Assembly: GCA_963675515.1 (NCBI GenBank)
Contig: OY776328.1
Coordinates: 1,350,001-1,382,000, forward strand
Reading direction: 5' to 3'
Length of the DNA stretch: 32,000 nt
Origin: Coprobacillaceae bacterium
GTDB lineage: Bacteria > Bacillota_I > Bacilli_A > Erysipelotrichales > Coprobacillaceae
Position numbers and translations under genes: made by a program. The notes under the pieces were generated by a model. The model was not told the DNA's origin. It searched no databases and worked only from the letters and a program-made list of their open reading frames with translations. Shown one piece after another: positions 7,785 through 16,123 of the stretch; within the stretch, counting starts at the first letter, position 1; each line of letters begins with the position of its first letter.

Positions 7785-7932
7785 ACAACAACTAAACCGT
7801 AGGGACTACGGGGATAGCTTGGTAAAGAAGAGAAACCGCTGATTATGGTGGATGCACCATAATCAAGTAAGCTCTGTTCCCAAGAATCCCGTGACTTTCA
7901 GTCATGGGAGGTTCAAAAATATAAATTTTTGT
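7700..7932 (+). ncRNA. Predicted TnpB omega/right-end RNA scaffold plus ~16-nt guide (boundaries approximate)
   Basis: By analogy with characterised TnpB systems, the RNA overlaps the tnpB 3' end and the right end. Structured segments are visible, including CCATAATCAGCGG/CCGCTGATTATGG-type pairing at about 7836-7866 and the right-end hairpin at 7888-7908. The guide would be the flank 7917-7932 (AAATATAAATTTTTGT). Confidence 0.35.
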
Positions 7933-7958
7933 GTTAGAGTTTAATCAGGAGGGATATT

Positions 7959-8882
7959 ATGGCTGTATCGTATAACAGACTATTTAAGATGCTTGAACAA
8001 AAGAGTATTTCCAAAATTCAGCTTAAACAACAGTTAGGAATTTCCTCTACGACCCTGGCTAAATTCAAAAAGAATGAATATGTTTCTTTGAAGGTCATAG
8101 ATGAAATCTGCGCCTTGTTGAAATGTCAGCCAAGCGATATCATGGAGATAATCAATCCGGTGGACACCCCGCTGCTTGACAAGCTTAAAGAAGAAAAGGA
8201 AATGAGACTCAAGGGTGGAATATACCACCAGACTCAGATCAAGCTGGCATACAACTCGAACCGGATTGAAGGAAGCCGCCTGAGCGAGGATCAGACTAGA
8301 TACATCTATGAGACAAATTCGATTGTCACCGAAAACAACGAGACGGCGTCCATTGATGACATTATGGAAACAATCAACCACTTTGCCTGTTTTGACTATA
8401 TGCTTGAAATTGCCAACCTTGATTTGAGCGAGGAAATAATCAAGGAATTCCATCGGATATTGAAAACCAATACCACCGACAGCAAAAAAGACTGGTTCAA
8501 CGTAGGGAACTATAAAGGCAAACCAAACATGATTGGCGACAAGGAGACGACAGCACCATCAAAAGTCAAAGGCGAGATGGCCAAGCTGCTTGCTGACTAT
8601 CAAGAATTGGCCAAGATCGATTTCGAGGATATTGTTGAATTCCACTACCGGTTTGAAACAATCCATCCATTCCAAGATGGCAATGGCCGGGTAGGACGGA
8701 TGATAATGTTCAAGGAATGCCTGAAAAACAATATCGTCCCATTCATCATAGACGAGCAACACAAGCTGGTATATCACCGTGGGCTAAAGGAGTTTGGGAC
8801 CAAGAGAGGATATCTTATCGAAACTTGTCTGTCGGCCCAGGATCGCTATCAAGCTTTGATGGATTATTTCAACCAAGATTAA
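7959..8882 (+). CDS. XRE-type HTH / Fic-domain fusion protein (class II Fic, putative AMP-transferase)
   Basis: Canonical Fic motif HPFQDGNGRVGR (nt 8664-8699). Inhibitory-helix motif S-N-R-I-E-G, i.e. [ST]xxxE[GN] (nt 8256-8273), lies N-terminal to the core. The first ~65 aa, 'ISKIQLKQQLGISSTTLAKFKKNEYVSLKVIDEICALLKCQPSDIME', look like a Cro/C1 HTH. SD GGAGGG. Confidence 0.85.
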   Translation: MAVSYNRLFKMLEQKSISKIQLKQQLGISSTTLAKFKKNEYVSLKVIDEICALLKCQPSDIMEIINPVDTPLLDKLKEEKEMRLKGGIYHQTQIKLAYNSNRIEGSRLSEDQTRYIYETNSIVTENNETASIDDIMETINHFACFDYMLEIANLDLSEEIIKEFHRILKTNTTDSKKDWFNVGNYKGKPNMIGDKETTAPSKVKGEMAKLLADYQELAKIDFEDIVEFHYRFETIHPFQDGNGRVGRMIMFKECLKNNIVPFIIDEQHKLVYHRGLKEFGTKRGYLIETCLSAQDRYQALMDYFNQD

Positions 8883-8922
8883 GCACAAATGAAGGATGTT
8901 CATTTAGAAAGGCTTTTTCCAA

Positions 8923-9102
8923 ATGGCTGCAATTACATTTGCGAAACATATCATCATTTCTGATATCTCGGCTTTGAAAAAAATCGATGACATGCTTAGT
9001 CATTCTTCAGTCCATTATTATCGAGCACCGATAAGAAAAGCTGATGTCATCAATCCCCATGGCAAGAAGTATGTGGCAGACAAATTGACTGCAAAATTTT
9101 AA
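8923..9102 (+). CDS. Hypothetical 59-aa ORF downstream of fic (weak call)
   Basis: Manual translation: MAAITFAKHIIISDISALKKIDDMLSHSSVHYYRAPIRKADVINPHGKKYVADKLTAKF*. Only a weak SD (GAAAGG, 10 nt upstream) and no recognisable motif. It may be a gene relic. Confidence 0.2.
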   Translation: MAAITFAKHIIISDISALKKIDDMLSHSSVHYYRAPIRKADVINPHGKKYVADKLTAKF

Positions 9103-9172
9103 GAGTTGATATCAGCTGATTGATTATTGAATCTTCAGCATCGCAATCCGTTTGAATTAACTGTTTAACATG

Positions 9173-9217
9173 AAAAAAGTATCCTGAGGAACTGAAATGT
9201 CTTGGGGATACTTTTTT
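9173..9217. terminator. Possible bidirectional terminator downstream of rpiR-like (minus strand) and the fic region (plus strand)
   Basis: AAAAAAGTATCC (9173-9184) pairs with GGATACTTTTTT (9206-9217), but the loop is long (21 nt). Confidence 0.4.
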
Positions 9218-9236
9218 AGCTATGACTGGAATTCGG

Positions 9237-9986
9237 TTATAGAAGCTTGCTGATATGCGATGTCAGCACATCGATATAGAGGAAAAACACGATCTGGTTT
9301 TCCAAATACTGGTCGAAATTCTGGTTCGATGAAGAGGGAACCCAGATGTAGTTGTCACAGCGGTTCTTGATGGAAAGCTTGTTGTTCATGGTGATGACTG
9401 TCAGGTTGAAATTGATCTTCTCCTTGGCCTCCTTCAAGGTAGCTTTGAAGGCTTCAAGCCCGTTGCCGCTGTTGGTAAAGATCAATACCAGATCGTTCTT
9501 GGTGGCGATATGGGGCATTTCCTGCATTTCGTCATTGGATATGAAGATAGCCTTTTTGCCGATCTTGAACAGGTTGTATTGCATCATCTTGGCAGGCAGG
9601 GAGCTTTTATGGGCACCGGTTACTATGACGCTGTCAGCCTTGATGATATCGCCTGCGAGCTTGTTAATCTTGTCGTAATCCAGGGTGTCGTCGAGGATGG
9701 ATATCAGCTGGCTGTAGCTGCTAAGCAGAGTGTCGTTTTCAATCTTGTCCTCGCTGCCCTGTTTCTCGAAGCGGAAGACATCAAACTTGAATTCGTTGAA
9801 ACCGTCATAACCAAGTTTCTGGCAGAATCTGGTGATGGTCGATTGCGACACCTTGTACTTTTTCGAGATGGAACTCAATGAACCCCGCAAGATAAGGTCA
9901 GGATTGTCTTTAAGGATATTATAGATGATCAGCTCCTTTTTGGTAAAGGTGTCCTTCTGGATTTCAATCTTGTCAAATGGATTCAT
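9237..9986 (-). CDS. MurR/RpiR-family transcriptional regulator (HTH_6 + SIS domain)
   Basis: 'LSSISKKYKVSQSTITRFCQKLGYDGFNEFKF' is the RpiR HTH signature. The C-terminal half has a SIS-like fold pattern ('VIVTGAHKSS...LVLIFTNSGN'). Confidence 0.85.
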   Translation of the reverse strand: MNPFDKIEIQKDTFTKKELIIYNILKDNPDLILRGSLSSISKKYKVSQSTITRFCQKLGYDGFNEFKFDVFRFEKQGSEDKIENDTLLSSYSQLISILDDTLDYDKINKLAGDIIKADSVIVTGAHKSSLPAKMMQYNLFKIGKKAIFISNDEMQEMPHIATKNDLVLIFTNSGNGLEAFKATLKEAKEKINFNLTVITMNNKLSIKNRCDNYIWVPSSSNQNFDQYLENQIVFFLYIDVLTSHISKLL

Positions 9987-10036
9987 TGGTCTTCCCCCTC
10001 TAATAATACAACTATTATATCAAAAATAATGGTATT

Positions 10037-11236
10037 TCAAAACTGTTTTAATTCTTTTGCTACATGAATCACCTGGTCGATAAAATCATCTCCATTGCCT
10101 TTTTCCAGGCGGCTGATGTATGTTTCGAAGTATTTTCCATAATCATCTTCACTTACGAAATAGTTCGAATAGTTTTCACTGTAACCGACAATTATGACCA
10201 ATTTGTCATTGAAGGCGTCCTTGATCTTCTTGCCTAAAGAAGATGTTATGTCCCCGGGCAGGGAGACAAACATCAATTCGCCCAGAAAGAGAATATTGCT
10301 TGTAAGTTTCAGTTTCATCGGGCTCTTTTTTTGCTTTAGTTTAAGTGCGCGCAAGAGGGTGGCCTCGTACTTTGGATCACTCAAGGCTTCAATCCGTTTG
10401 ATTTCACTGTTGGTGAATTCATCCTGGCCGTAAAATTCGTATTCTTCAACTACCTGGGCTGACTGGATATCATCAATTTTCAAAGGTGTATCTTTCATGT
10501 TTGAAAATTGGTTGAACAGTTCGTTTGTGAAACGGACAACCTCTTCGACTCCCTCTTTTTGGCGGTAGAAGCGGGTCGATACATCGCCGGCGGCACCGTT
10601 GACGATCATGCAGGGAATGCCGGATGTTGCCTGGTATTTCTGGCGGATGGCGCCGAAGATGTCGGCTGAAAGCTTTGTATTGGTTCCATTGAGGATTGTG
10701 GGATGGCAGGCCAGGGCCAACATGGTGCAGATTGTCCCGTTGTCATTGCAAAAATCAAGTTTGGTCAGCATCTTGTCTGAATAGCCATTCATTTCGTTGC
10801 GGTTTCCATAGAGACCTTCGATTTCAACCTGGCTGATCCTTACGCCTGACTCTTTAAGGCTTGCAAAGGCGTTATCGATGCTTGTTACAAACTGATCTTT
10901 CAACTTATCGTGCAATTCTTCTTCCACTTCGACTTCTTCGAAAAATGGCTTGAAGTAGGCGGGCGCCGAGTGGGTGTGGATGCACCCGATAATGATATTT
11001 TGATCGGGCAGCCTGTACTTTTCCTTGATTATCTCTTTTACTGGCAAGATTACGCTATCCTCGATTATGATTGAATCAAGCATGGAGATGACCATGCTTT
11101 TTTCACCTGTTTTGATGATCAATGTATTGATTTCGATGGGATCGAGGACCCCGGTTGATTTTTCCTTACGGCTATATCCTGCAATTGCGACACTGTGGTC
11201 GGGTGTGATGTTCATTTTATTATATCCTATTTCCAT
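10037..11236 (-). CDS. Neutral/alkaline ceramidase-like amidohydrolase (N-terminal ceramidase domain family)
   Basis: 'ITPDHSVAIAGYSRKEKSTGVLDPIEINTLII' and 'IIGCIHTHSAPAY' resemble the N-terminal domain and His-x-His-Ser zinc site of non-lysosomal ceramidase-like proteins. The start is moved to ATG 11234-11236, which has GGAGGT 6 nt upstream. Confidence 0.5.
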   Translation of the reverse strand: MEIGYNKMNITPDHSVAIAGYSRKEKSTGVLDPIEINTLIIKTGEKSMVISMLDSIIIEDSVILPVKEIIKEKYRLPDQNIIIGCIHTHSAPAYFKPFFEEVEVEEELHDKLKDQFVTSIDNAFASLKESGVRISQVEIEGLYGNRNEMNGYSDKMLTKLDFCNDNGTICTMLALACHPTILNGTNTKLSADIFGAIRQKYQATSGIPCMIVNGAAGDVSTRFYRQKEGVEEVVRFTNELFNQFSNMKDTPLKIDDIQSAQVVEEYEFYGQDEFTNSEIKRIEALSDPKYEATLLRALKLKQKKSPMKLKLTSNILFLGELMFVSLPGDITSSLGKKIKDAFNDKLVIIVGYSENYSNYFVSEDDYGKYFETYISRLEKGNGDDFIDQVIHVAKELKQF

Positions 11237-11411
11237 AATGCTACCTCCGCCATTGATTATAGCATGGCTCACCTTAAAATGAAAGACAATTCAAAAAAAT
11301 AAAATTATTCTTGCAAAGTGATTCTTTTATATGCTATGCTTAGTTTGTCAAATGAAACCGGTTAGCACATATGACAACAAAAACTACAAATATTTAGAGA
11401 GGGAGGCAATT

Positions 11412-12785
11412 ATGTCATCTACCAAAAAAGGCTTCATGCAAAGGTTCCAGGAAATCCTTGAAACCTATGTAGTACCCGTAGCAACAAAAATTTCCCAACA
11501 ACGACATCTGGCTTCAGTCCGCGACGGACTGACCATCCTGGTTCCAGTAACCATCATCGGAGGTTTCGCCATCCTGCTGGCGATGCCACCAGTCAACGCT
11601 TCTTTGGAAGCTACCAATTTCATCTATTCGATCCTGGTCGGTTGGCGCAACTGGGCGTCTGCCAATATGGCGACTTTGCTGATACCATACTATCTGACCA
11701 TTGGAATCATCTCGATTTATGTGGTCCTGGGTGTTTCTTATCAGCTTACCAAGTTCTACAAGATGGACACCATCTCGAATGTGATTTCAGTACTGCTTGT
11801 CTACCTATGCGTGGCAGGCGTTCCCCAATCGCTTACAAGCGGTGAAACTGTTGTAACTGCGATCCCGATGACCAACCTTGGCGCTTCGGGGATGTTCATG
11901 GCGATGATCATAGCGATCCTTGTCGTGGAAATCAATCATTTCTTTGTAGCGAAAAAACTGGTTATCAAGCTTCCGGACTCGGTTCCCCCAAACGTGGCCG
12001 CTCCGTTCAATGTCCTGATTCCCGGTATCGTCAACCTGATTCTTTTCATGGTATTAAATGGTCTTAGCACTTCAATCCTGGGAGTAGGCCTGCCAAGACT
12101 CATTTACTCGGCATTCCAACCTTTGCTTAGCGCTACTGGTTCATTGCCTTCGATCATCCTGATCAATGTCCTGATGACTATCTTCTGGTTTTTCGGGATC
12201 CATGGGGCGAACATGGTCGGTGTTGTAACGACACCATTGGTGACTCTTGGTCTTACCTTGAATGCCGAAGCTTACGCTTCTGGACAGGAGCTTCCTGCGA
12301 TTTTCGCCGGTGCTGTCAACTCGGTTTATGGCGGATGGATTTCTTATTTCGCCGTGGTTCTGGTCATCCTGCTTTTTTGCAAATCAACCCAGGCCAAATC
12401 GGTGGCTAAAATCGCCGTCGTTCCGGCATTCTTCAATATCAATGAACCATTGATTTTCGGTTTGCCGACCGTATTGAACCCGTTCACTCTGATCTGCTTT
12501 TTGATCTGTAACAACCTGAATTTCACGATTGTCTATTTCCTGATGAAAAGTGGATTCCTGGGTAAATTCTTCGTCCAGCTGCCTTTTACCGTACCCGCAC
12601 CTTTGCAGGCCTGGCTGGCGTCAATGGATATCAAATCCATCCTTGTCTGGGCCGGTCTTCTTGTCCTGGATATGGTCATCGCCCTGCCATTCTTGAAGGC
12701 TTACGACAAGCAGCTGGTGTCGCAAGAAAAACTGGAAGAACAAGAATCCCTGGTTGGACAAGAAATGTTGAAGAGTGCTGATTAA
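11412..12785 (+). CDS. PTS EIIC component, lactose/cellobiose (chitobiose) family
   Basis: 'FMQRFQEILETYVVPVATKISQQRHLASVRDGL' is the typical CelB/ChbC N-terminus. About 10 TM segments. 'FFNINEPLIFGLP' motif. The start is moved to ATG 11412, preceded by GAGGGAGG. Confidence 0.85.
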   Translation: MSSTKKGFMQRFQEILETYVVPVATKISQQRHLASVRDGLTILVPVTIIGGFAILLAMPPVNASLEATNFIYSILVGWRNWASANMATLLIPYYLTIGIISIYVVLGVSYQLTKFYKMDTISNVISVLLVYLCVAGVPQSLTSGETVVTAIPMTNLGASGMFMAMIIAILVVEINHFFVAKKLVIKLPDSVPPNVAAPFNVLIPGIVNLILFMVLNGLSTSILGVGLPRLIYSAFQPLLSATGSLPSIILINVLMTIFWFFGIHGANMVGVVTTPLVTLGLTLNAEAYASGQELPAIFAGAVNSVYGGWISYFAVVLVILLFCKSTQAKSVAKIAVVPAFFNINEPLIFGLPTVLNPFTLICFLICNNLNFTIVYFLMKSGFLGKFFVQLPFTVPAPLQAWLASMDIKSILVWAGLLVLDMVIALPFLKAYDKQLVSQEKLEEQESLVGQEMLKSAD

Positions 12786-12804
12786 TCAGTACTCTTTTAC
12801 TTAG

Positions 12805-13503
12805 ATGAAGATAATATTCAACGCTGACGATTTCGGGTACACCAAGTCAGTAACCGATGGCATCATCTTTGCCTGCAAGAACGGTGTTGTCAAGTCGACG
12901 ACCGCTCTTGTCAACACGCCTTATCTGGAATACAGTTTTCAGGAATCACTGGGCTGTCCCGATCTGGGTGTGGGAGTCCACCTTAACCTGACAATCGGAA
13001 AATCGTTGACCAAAAACAAAACGCTGAGTGATAAGGCCGGCAACTTTTACAAGCCAGCCCAGCTAAGGGATAAGGAAATAGACCTTGATGAGGTATATCT
13101 CGAGTTCAAGGCCCAGATTGAAAGGTTCATCGAAGTGTTCGGCCGCTTGCCCAGCCATCTCGACAGCCATCATGGGATGCATGATTTCAGGGACAATCTA
13201 ACAGTGACCATGGCTCTGGCCAAGGAATATGGCCTGCCGGTGCGCCGTTATGGCAGCTATAAGTTTGTCGGGGGCTTTTTCAATGACACGGTGACCGTTG
13301 AGGCACTAAGTAAACTTATCGAAAGCCATTACGGAGAGAATATCGAGATCATGACCCATCCCGGGGCCTGCGATCTCGAACTTTATATGAACAGCTCGTA
13401 TTCATGGCAGCGCGTCAGGGAACTGATGGTTCTATGTGATGGAAGACTTAAGGAATATCTCGATGGGATGGATATTGAAGTGACAAACTATTTGGAGGAT
13501 TGA
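12805..13503 (+). CDS. YdjC/ChbG-family carbohydrate deacetylase
   Basis: 'MKIIFNADDFGYTKSVTDGI' (the DDFG metal-binding motif), 'HLDSHHGMH' and 'THPG' are the YdjC signature blocks. Confidence 0.85.
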   Translation: MKIIFNADDFGYTKSVTDGIIFACKNGVVKSTTALVNTPYLEYSFQESLGCPDLGVGVHLNLTIGKSLTKNKTLSDKAGNFYKPAQLRDKEIDLDEVYLEFKAQIERFIEVFGRLPSHLDSHHGMHDFRDNLTVTMALAKEYGLPVRRYGSYKFVGGFFNDTVTVEALSKLIESHYGENIEIMTHPGACDLELYMNSSYSWQRVRELMVLCDGRLKEYLDGMDIEVTNYLED

Positions 13504-13504
13504 A

Positions 13505-14866
13505 ATGAAAGAAATTAGAATAGGATCCGGGGCCGGATACGGCGGAGACCGGATCGAACCGGCCATCGACCTGATGCAAAACGGCAAGCTCGACTATATG
13601 ATATTCGAGTGCCTGGCGGAAAGGACGATCGCCCTGGCCAATCTTGAAAAGGCCAAGGACCCCGCCAAGGGTTACAACCACCTGTTCGAGTATCGCTTCG
13701 AAAAGGTGCTTGATGAATATGGAAAAAACAACCGGATCAGGATTGTGACAAACATGGGGGCGGCCAACCCGGCCAAAGCGGCCCTTAAGCTTGTGGAGAT
13801 GGCCAAAAGCCGCAATATGAATATCAAAGTTGCTGCGGTTGTCGGCGACGATGTTCTTGACAAGCTTGATAAGTACCAGGATGAAAAAATCCTGGAGACC
13901 GGCCAGCCCCTGGCTTCAATCATGCCCCAGGTCATTTCCGCCAATGCCTATATCGGGGCAAAGGGCATTGCAGAAGCGCTGGCAAACGGGGCCGAGGTGG
14001 TAATCACCGGCCGGGCGGCTGATCCGTCATTGACCTTGGGAATCCTGCTCCATGAATTCAACTGGAGTATGGATGACTACGATCGCCTTGGCCAGGGGAT
14101 GATTGCCGGCCATCTGCTTGAATGCGCCGGTCAGGTCACCGGGGGCTACTTTGCCGATGGGGCGACCAAGACGGTTCCGGATCTTTGGAATCTGGGATTT
14201 CCAATCGCGATAGTCAAGGAAGACGGCTCTCTGGAAATCACCAAGACGCAAACATCAGGCGGTCAAGTCAGCGAGATGACTTGCCAGGAGCAGACAATAT
14301 ATGAAATCCAGGATCCTGAAAATTACTACACGCCTGATTGCATCGCCAATTTCAGCGGGATCAAAATCGACCAGACTGGCCATGACCGGGTGGCAATCGC
14401 CAATGTCAAAGGCAAACCATCCAATGGCAAATACAAAGTCAGCGTCGGTTACCAGGACTGTTACATCGGTGAAGGCCAGATATCCTATGGCGGTTTCAAT
14501 GCCTACAAGCGCGCAGTTATGGCCAAAGAAATCCTGGAAAAGCGGTTCGAACTTACCGGAATGGAAATAGATGAAGTCCGCTTCGATTTGATCGGCTGTG
14601 ACAGCCTGTTCAAGAAGACCCTGCCTGAACCAAAAGAATACAGTGAAATCCGGCTGCGGGTCGCCGGACGGACAAAAGACAAAAATACGGCGATCCGGAT
14701 TGGACAGGAAGTTGAATCGCTCTATACCAACGGTCCCTTCGGCGGGGGCGGAGTTTCCATGAATGTCCAGGAGGTCGTCTCAATCGCTTCAATACTGATC
14801 GACCAGAGCGATATCGAAGTTGAAGTAGAATATTTTAAAAGCGGGGTAGAAGATGAAACTGCATGA
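13505..14866 (+). CDS. DUF1446 / AtuA-like protein (acyclic terpene utilisation family, function unknown)
   Basis: 'IRIGSGAGYGGDRIEPAIDLMQNGKLDYMIFECLAERTIALA' and 'VITGRAADPSL...GHLLECAGQVTGGYFAD' match the AtuA/DUF1446 pattern as I remember it. The start lies 1 nt after the ydjC stop, with GGAGGA upstream. Confidence 0.75.
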   Translation: MKEIRIGSGAGYGGDRIEPAIDLMQNGKLDYMIFECLAERTIALANLEKAKDPAKGYNHLFEYRFEKVLDEYGKNNRIRIVTNMGAANPAKAALKLVEMAKSRNMNIKVAAVVGDDVLDKLDKYQDEKILETGQPLASIMPQVISANAYIGAKGIAEALANGAEVVITGRAADPSLTLGILLHEFNWSMDDYDRLGQGMIAGHLLECAGQVTGGYFADGATKTVPDLWNLGFPIAIVKEDGSLEITKTQTSGGQVSEMTCQEQTIYEIQDPENYYTPDCIANFSGIKIDQTGHDRVAIANVKGKPSNGKYKVSVGYQDCYIGEGQISYGGFNAYKRAVMAKEILEKRFELTGMEIDEVRFDLIGCDSLFKKTLPEPKEYSEIRLRVAGRTKDKNTAIRIGQEVESLYTNGPFGGGGVSMNVQEVVSIASILIDQSDIEVEVEYFKSGVEDETA

Positions 14867-15152
14867 AATAGCCCATTGCCGCACCGGCGACAAGGGCAAC
14901 ATCTCGGTGATTTCCGTGATCGCCTATGACAAAAAAGACTATGAACTGATCAAAGCAAAAGTGACCGAGGCCAAGGTTCAGGATTTCTTCCAGGACATCG
15001 TGAAAGGGACTGTTGCCCGTTACACCCTCGACAACATCGCTTCCTTGAATTTCGTGATGGAAGATGCCCTGGGCGGCGGAGTGACCAGGTCCCTGGCCCT
15101 GGACAAGCATGGCAAGACGCTTAGCGGTGCTTTGCTGGAAATGGAGATCTAG
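14853..15152 (+). CDS. Small DUF4387-like protein (corresponds to the C-terminal extension of full-length AtuA proteins)
   Basis: 99 aa: 'MKLHEIAHCRTGDKGNISVISVIAY...LNFVMEDALGGGVTRSLALDKHGKTL'. It overlaps the DUF1446 stop by 14 nt, suggesting translational coupling. The family assignment is from memory only. Confidence 0.55.
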   Translation: MKLHEIAHCRTGDKGNISVISVIAYDKKDYELIKAKVTEAKVQDFFQDIVKGTVARYTLDNIASLNFVMEDALGGGVTRSLALDKHGKTLSGALLEMEI

Positions 15153-15153
15153 G

Positions 15154-16071
15154 ATGGAGACAATAGTCATTGCCGGTGCCGGAACGATGGGGGCATCAAT
15201 GGCTCTGGCCTTCGCCCGTTTCAACTTCCCGGTCCATGTTTACGACATAGCCAAGACTGCTTTGAAAAAAGGCAGTGAATCGGTGGATATCGCCCTTGAG
15301 GGACTGGTGAGTGCGGATGTGGTTTTACAGGCTGATGTTCCATCTATTATCGGCAATATTTCCTACACAACTGATTTGAAAGTGTTTGAAAAGGCTGATG
15401 TGGTCATCGAATCGATTGTCGAGAAACTTGAAATCAAGGAGAGTTTCTACCGTGACATTTCCAAACTGGTCAAACCGGAATGTGTCATCTGTTCGAACAC
15501 CTCGGCGATACCGATATCCACAATGGCAGATTATGTCGAGATTCCAGAACGGTTCTTGGGAATGCACTGGTTCAATCCGTCCCATCTTATCCCCCTGATT
15601 GAAATCATCAAGGGTGAAAAGACCGGCCAGAAATATGTGTATTTCATCTATGATCTGGCGACAAGAATCGACAAGCAGCCGGTCGTCATCAACAAGGATG
15701 TGAAGGGATTTGTCGCCAACCGGATCCAGTTCGCTATCCTAAGAGAAGCCTTGCATCTGGTTGAAAACGAAGTGATCTCAGCCAAAGACCTCGACAAGGT
15801 AGTCCAATATTCCCTGGGAATACGCCTGGCTTCATATGGACCGCTTGCGATAGCTGATTTTGGCGGTCTGGACACCTTCTTGCATATCTCGAAGTTTTTG
15901 AATCCCGACTTGTGCGACTCCCATGAGGCTTCACAATTGCTTGAAGAGTTGGTTTCGCAAAACAAGATGGGGTTGAAAACCCGGGGCGGATTCTATGAAT
16001 ACGATGAATTGGAGGCAAATGAGGCCATAAAAGTCCGTGATATGAAATTGGCTGAACAATTGGGTTCATGA
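15154..16071 (+). CDS. 3-hydroxyacyl-CoA dehydrogenase-family NAD-dependent oxidoreductase
   Basis: Rossmann 'IVIAGAGTMGASMALAFA', then 'ESIVEKLEIKESFY', 'SNTSAIPIS' and 'GMHWFNPSHLIPLIEII', typical of the 3HCDH N- and C-domains. The start is moved to ATG 15154, 1 nt after the preceding stop. Confidence 0.8.
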   Translation: METIVIAGAGTMGASMALAFARFNFPVHVYDIAKTALKKGSESVDIALEGLVSADVVLQADVPSIIGNISYTTDLKVFEKADVVIESIVEKLEIKESFYRDISKLVKPECVICSNTSAIPISTMADYVEIPERFLGMHWFNPSHLIPLIEIIKGEKTGQKYVYFIYDLATRIDKQPVVINKDVKGFVANRIQFAILREALHLVENEVISAKDLDKVVQYSLGIRLASYGPLAIADFGGLDTFLHISKFLNPDLCDSHEASQLLEELVSQNKMGLKTRGGFYEYDELEANEAIKVRDMKLAEQLGS

Positions 16072-16123
16072 TTAAGCCAAGCTTATGCATTCCAAGAAAT
16101 TGAAATAGACTCACATAAAACAT

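Larger units (their letters stand above)
6061..7916 (+). mobile_element. IS200/IS605-family element (IS605 group, tnpA + tnpB), about 1.86 kb; ends inferred
   Basis: Related subterminal hairpins: left end 6078-6095 (TCGCGACT-tt-AGTCGTGG) and right end 7888-7908 (CCCGTGACT-ttc-AGTCATGGG). The right end finishes with TCAA (7913-7916) 8 nt after the hairpin, as in IS608-like elements. The left end is set after TTAT (6057-6060), 17 nt before the hairpin. Confidence 0.75.

Noticed and set aside
8717-8977. 86-aa ORF overlapping the 3' end of fic
   Set aside because: It is out of frame with, and largely inside, the strongly supported Fic CDS, and it has no independent signals.
15109-15153. Upstream extension of the 3HCDH-family ORF (track start 15109)
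   Set aside because: The extension overlaps the end of the DUF4387-like gene. ATG 15154 is followed directly by the Rossmann GxGxxG start (METIVIAGAGTMG), so the shorter form was used. Similar trimming was applied to merR, the ceramidase-like gene, EIIC, eutA, the SBP and the amidohydrolase.
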